DNA from: Candidatus Nomurabacteria bacterium GW2011_GWD2_36_14
GTDB lineage: Bacteria > Patescibacteriota > Minisyncoccia > Phycocordibacterales > UBA9973
DNA length: 64,000 nucleotides
Direction of reading: 5' to 3'
NCBI GenBank assembly: GCA_000991405.1
Contig: LBRL01000001.1
Span: 379,200-443,199 of the forward strand
Below are positions 54,955 to 63,991 of this stretch, in pieces. Numbering within the stretch: the first letter of the stretch is position 1; each line of letters starts with the position of its first letter. The translations under genes were made by a program, and so were the position numbers. A model generated the notes under the pieces. That model saw only the letters and a program-made list of their open reading frames with translations, was not told the DNA's origin and searched no databases.

Positions 54955-55797
54955 TTATTTTCCAAGCTTATCTACCTTTTTCAAGCCTTTCTTTTCATCA
55001 GATTTTAATTTTCTTTCAATTTTCTTGATATCTTCTTCTTTTGGTAACCGTTCTGGAATAATTCCACGACCAATGAGTGTTTTTCTCACGCTACGATTAT
55101 TTGTAATGTGTTCCTCTGAAATAGCTTGTTCTGTTTTTAAATTTTTGCTCTTTGAATTGAAAATAGTAATCTCTGTTGCGAAATCTTTTGCTTTCAAAAT
55201 AATTGTTGGCTGGAAATCAGCAAGTGCTCGACTTTCTGGAACACCAAGTCGCTTTTTCATTTCTCCTGTCGTAAATCCAAACAAGGCTTTATCTCCCTTA
55301 CTTCTAATCAACCCAAAATTCTTGTCGCTACCAGTCTGCTGATAAATAACACCCGATAATTCTTTTTCAGTTTCTGTTAATTTTTGTCTAGCAGTAACTC
55401 GTTCAAATTCTTGTATTCGTTTTTCGATAATTTCAAACTTTCTTGTTTGCACTGCAAAATAATTTTGAGCAAATGCAATTTCTTCTTTGCGTGGGTCACC
55501 ATTTTGAGCTATCAAGTAAGAAGCATACCTAGTAAACATTATGTCCACGATTTCTCGCTCGCTTCCTGAACCAAGTTTAACCATTTTCCCGACATCGGCA
55601 AAATGGTCAGAAACTACTTGTTTGTTATTTTCACAAGCTATTTTTGCCTTTGATATAACTTTTATAAAATTATCCCACTTATCATATCCTAAAAGCTTTT
55701 GTAAATCACGTGCAAGCCAAAACTCAATACCCTCGTCAGTCTTATGTGAATTTGATTCAAAATTACTTATATGTGATTTTATAATTTCTATCTTCAT
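54955..55797 (-). CDS. dinD: DNA-damage-inducible protein D (DinD) / Bro-N domain protein
   Basis: EGIEFWLARDLQKLLGYDKWDNFIKVISKAKIACENNKQVVSDHFADVGKMVKLGSGSEREIVDIMFTRYASYLIAQNGDPRKEEIAFAQNYFAVQTRK aligns closely with E. coli DinD. I placed the start at the internal MKIEII, because the track ORF extends antisense into the tRNA. Confidence 0.7.
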   Translation of the reverse strand: MKIEIIKSHISNFESNSHKTDEGIEFWLARDLQKLLGYDKWDNFIKVISKAKIACENNKQVVSDHFADVGKMVKLGSGSEREIVDIMFTRYASYLIAQNGDPRKEEIAFAQNYFAVQTRKFEIIEKRIQEFERVTARQKLTETEKELSGVIYQQTGSDKNFGLIRSKGDKALFGFTTGEMKKRLGVPESRALADFQPTIILKAKDFATEITIFNSKSKNLKTEQAISEEHITNNRSVRKTLIGRGIIPERLPKEEDIKKIERKLKSDEKKGLKKVDKLGK

Positions 55798-55856
55798 ATA
55801 TAAATATATCTTAACATAATTTAAATATTTTACCCAAAATGATTTGGGTTTGATTG

Positions 55857-55931
55857 TGGAGCCGTCGGTGGGAATCGGACCCACGGTCTCTGTCTTACCA
55901 AGACAGTGCTTTACCACTAAGCTACGACGGC
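55857..55931 (-). tRNA. tRNA-Thr(GGT) with encoded CCA
   Basis: My manual fold gives acceptor GCCGTCG/CGACGGC, D-arm GCTT-AGTGGTA-AAGC, anticodon stem CTGTC/GACAG with loop TTGGTAA, and T-arm GTGGG-TCCGATT-CCCAC. The T-loop is slightly unusual, reading U54-C55. Confidence 0.7.
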
Positions 55932-55978
55932 TAAAACTGGCTTAATTCATACTACTATATATAACCCATATTTTCAAT

Positions 55979-56006
55979 TTGCATAATCTGTGTTTTTAAG
56001 TATAAT
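55979..56006 (+). promoter_or_regulatory. Candidate sigma-70-like promoter for the tRNA-Met/Met/Asp cluster (TTGCAT-16 nt-TATAAT)
   Basis: -35 TTGCAT at 55979-55984 and -10 TATAAT at 56001-56006, about 30 nt upstream of the first tRNA. Confidence 0.35.
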
Positions 56007-56036
56007 AGTCAAGTATAAGAAATATCTTATTAATAT

Positions 56037-56107
56037 AGCGGGATAGAGAAATGGTATCTCGTAAGGCTCATAACCTTAAGACGGTCGTTCGATTCGACCT
56101 CCCGCAA
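56037..56107 (+). tRNA. tRNA-Met(CAT), initiator-like
   Basis: D-arm GAGA-AATGGTA-TCTC (A11:U24), anticodon stem TAAGG/CCTTA with loop CTCATAA, and T-arm GGTCG-TTCGATT-CGACC. The acceptor is AGCGGGA/TCCCGCA with an A1.A72 mismatch, consistent with a bacterial initiator. The exact ends are uncertain by 1 nt. Confidence 0.6.
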
Positions 56108-56181
56108 CAATTCGGTAAGTGACATACCACAAAATATGTCCATGAACCCGAAGAAGAATCTGGGTGATTATTTTGTATTAT

Positions 56182-56255
56182 GTCGATGTAGCTCAGCTGG
56201 TTAGAGCGTGGGACTCATAAGCCCAAGGTCGGAGGTTCGAGCCCTCCCATCGACA
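56182..56255 (+). tRNA. tRNA-Met(CAT), elongator type (or tRNA-Ile2 if lysidinylated)
   Basis: Acceptor GTCGATG/CATCGAC fully paired, D-arm GCTC-AGCTGGTTA-GAGC (C11:G24), anticodon loop CTCATAA, and T-arm GGAGG-TTCGAGC-CCTCC. Confidence 0.75.
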
Positions 56256-56300
56256 CAATAAAATGGAATTATTTTCTATTTTATGTTATGTTTTAAAAAT

Positions 56301-56374
56301 GCAGTCGTAGCTCAACTGGTTAGAGCACCCGCCTGTCACGTGGGAGGTTGAGGGTTCAAGTCCCTTCGACTGCG
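56301..56374 (+). tRNA. tRNA-Asp(GTC)
   Basis: Acceptor GCAGTCG/CGACTGC with discriminator G, D-arm GCTC-AACTGGTTA-GAGC, anticodon stem CCCGC/GTGGG with loop CTGTCAC, and T-arm GAGGG-TTCAAGT-CCCTT. Confidence 0.85.
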
Positions 56375-56382
56375 CATATAGA

Positions 56383-56405
56383 AAAAGCCTCGAAAGAGGC
56401 TTTTT
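56383..56405. terminator. Bidirectional terminator AAAAAGCCTC-GAAA-GAGGCTTTTT
   Basis: Perfect stem with a GNRA-like loop, flanked by A5 and T5. It ends the tRNA cluster (+) and the 56410..57024 gene (-). Confidence 0.6.
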
Positions 56406-56409
56406 CTAT

Positions 56410-57024
56410 TTAAATAACTCCCAGTCCTTCAAATACGTTTTGATACAGCTTTACGATTCGTCGCCCTTCGACTTGGGTCAAAGGATAGTCTAGGCCTTCG
56501 TGGGCAATCTTGTTGCGGATTAAGTGTCCGTCCCATGCATTCTGAATACTTGGATAGCCATTCAACTTTGCCTCTTCTAAAAGCTCCGACATTGTAGTCC
56601 CTACCAAGCCACGCTCTTTGAAAGTCTCTTCAAGTAGTGAGTCGGCTTCCATAATAGCCACTCGCCAGTCGGACTCATTGGGACTCTCTATCAAGGTTAA
56701 AATATACTTCCAACGTGGATTGAGAGTTCTGTCTCTTTCTTTGTCTTTCGCTAGGGCATGATTGATCTCATGCTCTATCTCTTCACGATCGAAAACTTGG
56801 ATTTCATACAAACGTACAAGAGAGAATATTATTATAATAAGAGCAAGTATAGAAATAGATACGGAAATCATACCAATAATCTCCCACGTATGAGCATTAG
56901 TAATGAAAACATAAGTTGACTGCAAGGAATTGGCCAGCTTGTCGAAAACATACTCTATGTTCAAATAGGTCGGATCAAAGAGAGGCTTTTGTACGATAGT
57001 ATTTATGGGAGCTGTCGGTTGCAT
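56410..57024 (-). CDS. Membrane-anchored hypothetical protein
   Basis: 204 aa with one central TM (IIGMISVSISILALIIIIFSLV). No motif recognized. Confidence 0.4.
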   Translation of the reverse strand: MQPTAPINTIVQKPLFDPTYLNIEYVFDKLANSLQSTYVFITNAHTWEIIGMISVSISILALIIIIFSLVRLYEIQVFDREEIEHEINHALAKDKERDRTLNPRWKYILTLIESPNESDWRVAIMEADSLLEETFKERGLVGTTMSELLEEAKLNGYPSIQNAWDGHLIRNKIAHEGLDYPLTQVEGRRIVKLYQNVFEGLGVI

Positions 57025-57034
57025 ACTTTTATCA

Positions 57035-58453
57035 TTATACTAGTTTTTCAAAATCTTTCCCAATCGTAAAGAGGATATCTTCACGTAGATATGGAGAGGT
57101 GAACTGAATACTGAAAGGTAAACCCCCTTCTGATTTACCAGATGGAATAGCAATGGAAGGTATATCAGCTAAATTTGCAGGAGCAGAAAATAGATCTGAT
57201 AAATACATACCTATTGGATCATCAAGTTTCTCCCCAATTTTGAAAGGCAAGAATGGAACAGTTGGGGTCATAAAAGTGTCAAAATCTTTAAAGAAGTTAG
57301 TTAATTCATCTTTAATCATCTGACGAACTTTCAAGGCTGAATTATAATAAGCATCATAGTAACCATGAGAAAGTATATATGTGCCCAGAAGTACACGGCG
57401 ACGAGTCTCCTTGCCGAAGCCTCTCCCTCTGCTCTTCGCATATACATCATATAATTTCTCACCATCAACTTGCTTCCCATATCTTATACCATCAAAACGA
57501 GCTAGATTACTAGAAGCTTCAGCTTGCATGAGAACATGATAAACAGCAAGTGAATATTTAATAGACGGTAAGTCAACATCTATTAGTTCATATCCGGCTT
57601 TTTGTAATTTATCACAACTTTCTTCAAAATTCTTCATTACTTCCTTATCAATACCCTCCCCAGACAGGAATTTGCGCGGAATCCCAATCTTCTTTTTTAT
57701 AATATTATTTTTTATAATCCTCATATTATCTGGAATAGATGTACTATCTTTTGCATCATGTGAAGATATAGTATTAAAAATTATCTCAGTATCTCTTACT
57801 GTTCTTCCTAGAGGACTAACCTGATCCAAAGAACTACCCAAGGATATTACCCCAGAACGAGAAACCATACCATAAGTAGGCTTCAACCCTACAAGTCCAC
57901 AAAAGGCTGCGGGCTGTCTTATGGAACCACAAGTCTCAGTCCCCAAGGCTACAAGGGCCATATCCCCTGCTACAGAAGCAGCTGGACCACCCGAAGAACC
58001 ACCTGGTACCAAAGATTCATCCAAGGGATTTCTAGTAATTCCAAATGCACTTGTCTGAGTAGAACTTCCCATGGCAAATTCGTCCATGTTTGTTCTACCA
58101 AGAAAGATTACCCCCTGTTCTTTCAACTTTTTAACAACAAAAGAATCATAAGTAGCTACATGGTTCTCAAGAATTTTTGAAGAGGCCGAAGCTACATGCC
58201 CCTCCAATAGAATATTATCTTTTAAAGAGAAAGGAATACCTGTCAAAACTGTAGCCGTACCATTCTTAAACATTTCTTCGGCTTTTTTTATTTGAACGTC
58301 TATATCGTTATAAATTTCTAGATATGCATTTATTCTTTCATTATTATTTTTGATTACTTTTAGATATTCATCTACTAATTCTCGTACAGTAAAATCACCA
58401 TTTTTATAATGATTATTTGTCTTTTCTATTGTTAAATTCTTTAGGTCAATCAT
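57035..58453 (-). CDS. gatA: Glutamyl-tRNA(Gln)/Aspartyl-tRNA(Asn) amidotransferase subunit A
   Basis: Amidase signature GGSSGGPAASVAGDMALVALGTETCGSIRQPAAFCGLVGLKPTYG. Confidence 0.9.
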   Translation of the reverse strand: MIDLKNLTIEKTNNHYKNGDFTVRELVDEYLKVIKNNNERINAYLEIYNDIDVQIKKAEEMFKNGTATVLTGIPFSLKDNILLEGHVASASSKILENHVATYDSFVVKKLKEQGVIFLGRTNMDEFAMGSSTQTSAFGITRNPLDESLVPGGSSGGPAASVAGDMALVALGTETCGSIRQPAAFCGLVGLKPTYGMVSRSGVISLGSSLDQVSPLGRTVRDTEIIFNTISSHDAKDSTSIPDNMRIIKNNIIKKKIGIPRKFLSGEGIDKEVMKNFEESCDKLQKAGYELIDVDLPSIKYSLAVYHVLMQAEASSNLARFDGIRYGKQVDGEKLYDVYAKSRGRGFGKETRRRVLLGTYILSHGYYDAYYNSALKVRQMIKDELTNFFKDFDTFMTPTVPFLPFKIGEKLDDPIGMYLSDLFSAPANLADIPSIAIPSGKSEGGLPFSIQFTSPYLREDILFTIGKDFEKLV

Positions 58454-58749
58454 AGTATTTGTTTTACTTTAAGATATCCATTTTCTGTATTTGGGGCAAT
58501 ATCCATAATCTTGTCCGTATACTCACCACTTTTATTTGTAACAATATCTTCTCTCATAATATTGAACAAATGATAGCTCTCTGGAACTTTTGAAACTTCT
58601 CCTCTAACTCCACCCTCTGTAGCAGCTTCTTCTACCTGCCCAATATACGCCAAAATAGTATCAAAATCTTTAGCGATTTCGCCTATTTCAACCTCCTCCA
58701 TATCAATACGAGCCAAATTTGCTAACTTCTTTACAACTTCTAACTGCAT
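58450..58749 (-). CDS. gatC: Glu/Asp-tRNA amidotransferase subunit C
   Basis: 99 aa, LANLARIDMEEVEIGEIAKDFDTILAYIGQVEE. It overlaps gatA by 4 bp. Confidence 0.8.
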   Translation of the reverse strand: MQLEVVKKLANLARIDMEEVEIGEIAKDFDTILAYIGQVEEAATEGGVRGEVSKVPESYHLFNIMREDIVTNKSGEYTDKIMDIAPNTENGYLKVKQIL

Positions 58750-58786
58750 TTACTTAGAATAACATATTTTAAGAGTTTTTTAAAAT

Positions 58787-60796
58787 TTAGAACATTTTTA
58801 GAAATTCTGATTCAGATAAGATTTTGACTCCTAGCTTCTTTGCATCTTCATACTTACTCCCCGGCTCTTCACCTACTAGCACATAGTCAGTCTTACTTGA
58901 GACAGAAGAAGATACCTTGCCTCCATTGTCTATTATTTTCTTCTTAGCATCTTCCCTTGATAAGGTCGGGAGTGTGCCAGTAAGAACAAATATTTTCCCA
59001 GTTAGATTACCTGTCTTCTTTTGTTCTAAAATAATTTCTACTCCATTTTCAAAAAGTTTATCTAAGAAGTGAATATTATTCTTGTCTTGAAAATAATGAA
59101 AAATACTTTCTGAAACTGCAGGCCCAATATTCCCTATATTATTTAATTCTTCTATACTGGCTTTTGATAAATTTGTAAGAGAATGAAAATGATCAGCCAA
59201 GTCACGAGCCGTCTGTTCGCCTACATGAATAATCCCAAGAGCATAGATAAATCTCCACAGAGAAATCTTTTTATGAATTTCAATAGAATTTATAATATTA
59301 TCGGCTGATTTCTCTCCAAAACGATCAAGTCCTGAAAGGTCTGCTCTTTCAAGAGTAAATAAGTCTGCGCTATCACTAATAAGTCCTTCGTCTTTAAGCC
59401 TATCTAAAATTTTTGGCCCTATCTCGTAAATCTCGAATATATTTACAAAATGTTGCATACCTCTCCTGCTTCTTGCAGGGCAAAGCTTGTTCGTACAGTA
59501 ATATGCTACAGAGGATGAGCCTTCTCCGAATCCTGCCTTGCGTTCTATATTAGAATTACAGACTGGACAAGCCTCTGGCATTTTGAATTTCTTTTCTTTG
59601 CCTGTCCTCATATTTACAAGTACTTCTACCACTTCCGGTATGACGTCGCCTGCTTTCTGGATAACTACAGTATCTCCGACTCTTATATCTAGACGTTCTA
59701 TCTGGTCCATATTGTGGAGTGTTGCTTTTGAAATAGTTGAGCCTGCTACCAAAGTAGGGTTAAAGTGTGCAAGAGGAGTCATGACCCCTGTACGCCCTAC
59801 ATTGACAGTGATATCAGTCACCACTGTCGTAGCCCGCTCCGCAGGATATTTATAAGCTGTCATATAACGAGGGGCCTTCCCTACTATTCCTAAATTTTCT
59901 TGTAACTCTAATTCATCTACCAATATAGCCACACCGTCTGAACCATAAGGCAAACTTTCTCTTATTTTTCCTATCTCTTCTATAAAAGAAAATACTTCTT
60001 CTAAATTCTTAGCTTTTTTCTCGTGAGAGTCCAAAGAAAATCCTAATTCTCTTAAAAGTTTGTGTTTATCACTATGAGTTTTGATGTTTATTTCTTTGTC
60101 ATCATATTTGATAGAAGCTAAATCCCAAGGGAAGAAATCTAATCTTCTCTCTTTCACAATCTTTGGGTCTAACTGTCGAAGTGACCCAGCAGCAGCATTA
60201 CGAGTATTTGCAAAAGTTGGCTTACCCTCTTTTGTATTATTTTTATTTAAAACTTCCCAAACTTTTTTAGGCATTAGAACTTCTCCACGAACTTCTAAAT
60301 AAGAAGGGTATGGTGATTTTAATTTAAGAGGAATACTATTTATCATCTTCAGATTTTCCGTTACATCTTCTCCTATAAATCCATCCCCCCTTGTAGAACC
60401 TTCTACAAAAATACCATTTTTATAAATAAGAGAGGCTGACAATCCATCAAACTTCACTTCACAAAAATATGAGTGCTTTTTATTTAGAAGTTTATATATA
60501 CGAGTCTCCCAATCTTTTATTTCATCAAATGAAAAGGTGTCATTCATTGAGAGCATTCTTATTTCATGTTTTACTTTTTTAAATTTGTCTAAAGGTTTAC
60601 CTGCTACTCTGTCTATCTTACTATCTATTTCGATAAATTCTGGATATTTAGCTTCCAAATTATGCAATTCACGAGTAAGAGACTCATATACATCATCCGT
60701 CACTTTTGGATTGTTCCTCACATGATACTCTTCTCTCAAACGAGAAATCTCCTCCCGAAGTTTCGCTATTCGGTTTTTTGCATTATTGTCCTTCAT
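58787..60796 (-). CDS. ligA: NAD-dependent DNA ligase
   Basis: Adenylation motif KxDG (CEVKFDGLS), an OB fold, a Zn finger (CPVCNSNIERK...C), HhH motifs and a C-terminal BRCT. Confidence 0.9.
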   Translation of the reverse strand: MKDNNAKNRIAKLREEISRLREEYHVRNNPKVTDDVYESLTRELHNLEAKYPEFIEIDSKIDRVAGKPLDKFKKVKHEIRMLSMNDTFSFDEIKDWETRIYKLLNKKHSYFCEVKFDGLSASLIYKNGIFVEGSTRGDGFIGEDVTENLKMINSIPLKLKSPYPSYLEVRGEVLMPKKVWEVLNKNNTKEGKPTFANTRNAAAGSLRQLDPKIVKERRLDFFPWDLASIKYDDKEINIKTHSDKHKLLRELGFSLDSHEKKAKNLEEVFSFIEEIGKIRESLPYGSDGVAILVDELELQENLGIVGKAPRYMTAYKYPAERATTVVTDITVNVGRTGVMTPLAHFNPTLVAGSTISKATLHNMDQIERLDIRVGDTVVIQKAGDVIPEVVEVLVNMRTGKEKKFKMPEACPVCNSNIERKAGFGEGSSSVAYYCTNKLCPARSRRGMQHFVNIFEIYEIGPKILDRLKDEGLISDSADLFTLERADLSGLDRFGEKSADNIINSIEIHKKISLWRFIYALGIIHVGEQTARDLADHFHSLTNLSKASIEELNNIGNIGPAVSESIFHYFQDKNNIHFLDKLFENGVEIILEQKKTGNLTGKIFVLTGTLPTLSREDAKKKIIDNGGKVSSSVSSKTDYVLVGEEPGSKYEDAKKLGVKILSESEFLKMF

Positions 60797-60798
60797 AA

Positions 60799-61305
60799 TT
60801 AATATTTGATTAGAAGAGAGCGTTGCACGGTTCTCATATTGGTCATATTACAAATATTATATCCATCTATAATAATCGTAGTTTCTACAAAATCATCTGG
60901 ACTTTCTTTTGTAATATTTGCTCGAAAACACTTATTACCACTCGTAGAAAGTGTAGAATCTGGAAACATTGTATATGTTGATGTTAATCCAGAATCAGAG
61001 GTTGTATTCATAACATAAGAATCTCCTCCACAATTAAATCCAACTTCTGGGTTACCATATGAAGGGAATAAATCGTTATTATCCGCGTACATAACACATT
61101 CTGAACCCAAGTCAGCTTCGTAGAATGCCGTCGTCGAGTCACGAGCAACTCCTGATAGGATTATCTGCTTTAAAGCTGTATTGGCAAGCCCCATAGAAAT
61201 CATAGATATAATACTTATAACTACTAGTGTGAATAGTACCGCGTAGCCCTTCGAGTACTCAGGATTGCCATCTACATTATTTATTTTTATATTTCTTTTT
61301 TTCAT
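60799..61305 (-). CDS. Pilin-like/minor pseudopilin protein
   Basis: N-terminal hydrophobic helix GYAVLFTLVVISIISMISMGLA plus a Cys-containing beta domain. Last gene of the pilin tandem array. Confidence 0.45.
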   Translation of the reverse strand: MKKRNIKINNVDGNPEYSKGYAVLFTLVVISIISMISMGLANTALKQIILSGVARDSTTAFYEADLGSECVMYADNNDLFPSYGNPEVGFNCGGDSYVMNTTSDSGLTSTYTMFPDSTLSTSGNKCFRANITKESPDDFVETTIIIDGYNICNMTNMRTVQRSLLIKY

Positions 61306-61326
61306 TTTTTTAAAATCACAATACCA

Positions 61327-61977
61327 TTAATTCTGCCAATTTAGCAGATTCATTTTTAATGTTCGAATTTTGAAAGTTGTACCATTGGGGTATTCAACTG
61401 TCACAGTTACTTCTACTTTATTTGCATCAGTACTAACCATTTTTACTTGTCTTTTAAATCTACTAGCACTCCCACTTGTGCTTGAGTAGTAACTGCCACC
61501 CTGTGCACTATCATCGTATTGCAAAGCAGAACATGGAATAGTTGAACCTCCCAAACCTTGAGTATCGGCAGTACAAGCAGAAACAAAAGTACTAGGAGTT
61601 CCAGGAGTAAAATATGAACCAATTGAAACTCCACAACCATTATTAGAGAAACAACTACTACTAGTATCTTTCCCATATGCAGTTAAAAATGCGCTCCAAT
61701 TGGTAGCGTTGACTCCAGATTTTTGAAATACCATTGTATCCCTACTATTCCTTATGGCATCTACCGCTTCTTGTAAGAGATAGTTCGCGGTAAGTTCATT
61801 GTTGGCATACTTAGCCGAAGAGTAGCTTGAAACAGTGAGCCCAAGCATGGCAGAAATAGAAATGGAAAGTATAAATACGGCAACTATTGCCTCGACTATT
61901 GTAAACCCCGACACCAAATTTGGTGTTGTATTTCTATTGTGTCGCTTTATTAAATTTTTAAAAAATTGAATCTTCAT
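61327..61977 (-). CDS. Type IV pilin-like protein with prepilin-type N-terminal cleavage/methylation domain
   Basis: MKIQFFKNLIKRHNRNTTPNLVSG|FTIVEAIVAVFILSISISAM has a G-F cleavage site with a long leader. Ser/Thr-rich C-terminal domain. Confidence 0.65.
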   Translation of the reverse strand: MKIQFFKNLIKRHNRNTTPNLVSGFTIVEAIVAVFILSISISAMLGLTVSSYSSAKYANNELTANYLLQEAVDAIRNSRDTMVFQKSGVNATNWSAFLTAYGKDTSSSCFSNNGCGVSIGSYFTPGTPSTFVSACTADTQGLGGSTIPCSALQYDDSAQGGSYYSSTSGSASRFKRQVKMVSTDANKVEVTVTVEYPNGTTFKIRTLKMNLLNWQN

Positions 61978-62003
61978 ATATTAAATATTATATTATCCCC
62001 CCT

Positions 62004-62633
62004 CTAATTTTCTGTTGAACGTTGGGACGCTATGGACTGGAGTATAAATGGTGTAGTTACTCCACCTATTGTTACGGCCCCTTTCATTATAATTCTAACA
62101 CTGGGTTGGATTGTATCATTGCTGGCTGATCCCTTCACATAAAATTTCAAATCTTGTACATCCACATTATCAGCAACTATTGAAGGACAACTTGATGGCA
62201 ATGAATTATCTGCACATCTTACTAAAGTATTACTAGTTCCAATTGATCTTGCTTGTTTATAATAACCTACTCTATCTGGAGCACCTGTAACTCGTTGTGG
62301 CGTAAATGCAATAACTCCACCACCTAGAGGGCAATCAGCTACACTGTTAGTAGTCATATGAACAGTTCCTGCACATTCATAATAAGTTCCTACACGCAAC
62401 TCTCTCGTCATACTTTCCATTGCAAAGTTTACATTATCCATCGCTATTCGAAGTCTCTGAGCAGCCTTGGCGGAATTCGAAGAGACTATGAGTGACCCCA
62501 CCCCCATAAGCATAACTATAGAGAATATAGTCGTCGCTACCATGAGTTCTATCAGCGTAAACCCCGACACCAAAATTGATGTTGTATTTTTGTTGTGTCG
62601 TTCTATTAAATGTGTAAAAAATGGAATCTTCAT
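62004..62633 (-). CDS. Type IV pilin (prepilin-type N-terminal domain)
   Basis: MKIPFFTHLIERHNKNTTSILVSG|FTLIELMVATTIFSIVM is the canonical GFTLIE pilin N-terminus. It has a C-terminal disulfide pair. Confidence 0.7.
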   Translation of the reverse strand: MKIPFFTHLIERHNKNTTSILVSGFTLIELMVATTIFSIVMLMGVGSLIVSSNSAKAAQRLRIAMDNVNFAMESMTRELRVGTYYECAGTVHMTTNSVADCPLGGGVIAFTPQRVTGAPDRVGYYKQARSIGTSNTLVRCADNSLPSSCPSIVADNVDVQDLKFYVKGSASNDTIQPSVRIIMKGAVTIGGVTTPFILQSIASQRSTEN

Positions 62634-62735
62634 ATATTAAGTTTAAAATTATAAATATTGAAAATACTACACAACGACATCAATTTTGGTGTGGGGGTAA
62701 ATGCACTATTCTTTTTTAATATTTTTGTTCTCATA

Positions 62736-63434
62736 TTATTGAATGCTTATCTGTCCAGTATTTTGGACTGTTATCGTTTTAGTTTTCTCATTTGTTTGCC
62801 CGTTGGATACAACAATACTTACTGAAGTAATATCGGGTTTACAACTATTCTCATCACCACTTGAGTTCCTATAGCAAAAGTGGGCACTAGATTCTGGTCG
62901 AGTAAAATAAATATCTACAGATTCTTTGTTGTTACCACTATTACCAGACCCCCCAGATACTGAAATATCTTTAATCTTATCTGTACTTGTAATGTTAAAG
63001 AATTCTATGCATTGATTTACCCCCTTACCACAATCCCCTGTTTGATTTTTGCTATATCCAGAATCACCTTTTGGCATAGAAAATATTAAGAATGATTTAT
63101 CAGAACCATCTAGCCCAGAACCATTTACATTCGTAGAAAAGTGAATACCATAACTTCTGTCAAAGACCTTGGTACTACCTTCTGCTCCAAATCCATGAGC
63201 TCCTATAGCATAGCTTTGCGCCTTGCGGATAGATAAGGCTACAGTATCAGTATTGTTCTGTAAAGAAACACTGGACTTAAAGTCACCATAATTCACAAGA
63301 GTGACACTAGTGATAATAAGAAATATAGAAATAGTCACCATTAATTCAACTAAAGTAAATCCGCCGAAAATGCTATGCATATTTTTGCGGACAAGCCCAC
63401 TATCTTTTATTCTTCTGTAATTCTTTTTATTCAT
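62736..63434 (-). CDS. Type IV pilin-like protein
   Basis: MNKKNYRRIKDSGLVRKNMHSIFGG|FTLVELMVTISIFLI is a prepilin N-terminal domain. Confidence 0.65.
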   Translation of the reverse strand: MNKKNYRRIKDSGLVRKNMHSIFGGFTLVELMVTISIFLIITSVTLVNYGDFKSSVSLQNNTDTVALSIRKAQSYAIGAHGFGAEGSTKVFDRSYGIHFSTNVNGSGLDGSDKSFLIFSMPKGDSGYSKNQTGDCGKGVNQCIEFFNITSTDKIKDISVSGGSGNSGNNKESVDIYFTRPESSAHFCYRNSSGDENSCKPDITSVSIVVSNGQTNEKTKTITVQNTGQISIQ

Positions 63435-63442
63435 TAATTAAA

Positions 63443-63991
63443 TTAAAATTGAAAGAGTGATGCTAAAGAAAAGATATCTAAATTAAATAGAAAGACTATA
63501 AGGGTACTTAAGATTAAGAATGGAGCGAATGGTATTTCGGTCTTCATGGTTATTTTCTGGCGAGAGATAAACATTATAGAGAGACTCACAACTGCTCCAA
63601 TCCAAAATGCCAATATAATAGAAGCCAATCCTAAAGAGGCCCCGAGCATCCAGCCGATACCAAGCATTAGCTTCGCATCACCCAAGCCCATCCACTGGCC
63701 CTTAGATACAAACCAAAGGAAAGCAAATGGCAGAGCAAGTACAGGTCCCGCAACAATGAAAGAGAGAGATGGAAGTGTAAACAAACTTCCAAACGTAGAG
63801 TGATTCACAAAGATCGAAAGGAACGAGACAAAGGCATAGACATATACGAGCTTGTCGGGGATAATCTTGTGACGAATATCGTAGACAGAGATAACTATAA
63901 GAATAGAGAAGATGAAAACAAAGAAGCTCAATAGGAATAAGTATGAAATTGGGGAGAGGGACAATACAGGTAGAAAATGATACGCGATCAA
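63443..63991 (-). CDS. Prepilin peptidase (A24 family), short form
   Basis: Polytopic membrane protein with the catalytic Asp contexts SVYDIRHKIIPD and GLGDAKLMLGIGWMLG. Confidence 0.7.
   Translation of the reverse strand: MIAYHFLPVLSLSPISYLFLLSFFVFIFSILIVISVYDIRHKIIPDKLVYVYAFVSFLSIFVNHSTFGSLFTLPSLSFIVAGPVLALPFAFLWFVSKGQWMGLGDAKLMLGIGWMLGASLGLASIILAFWIGAVVSLSIMFISRQKITMKTEIPFAPFLILSTLIVFLFNLDIFSLASLFQF

Noticed and set aside
54955-55917. Full-length 320-aa ORF from the track for the dinD gene
   Set aside because: Its first 40 codons are the antisense of tRNA-Thr(GGT), and homology to DinD begins at the internal Met (MKIEII). I truncated the start to 55797.
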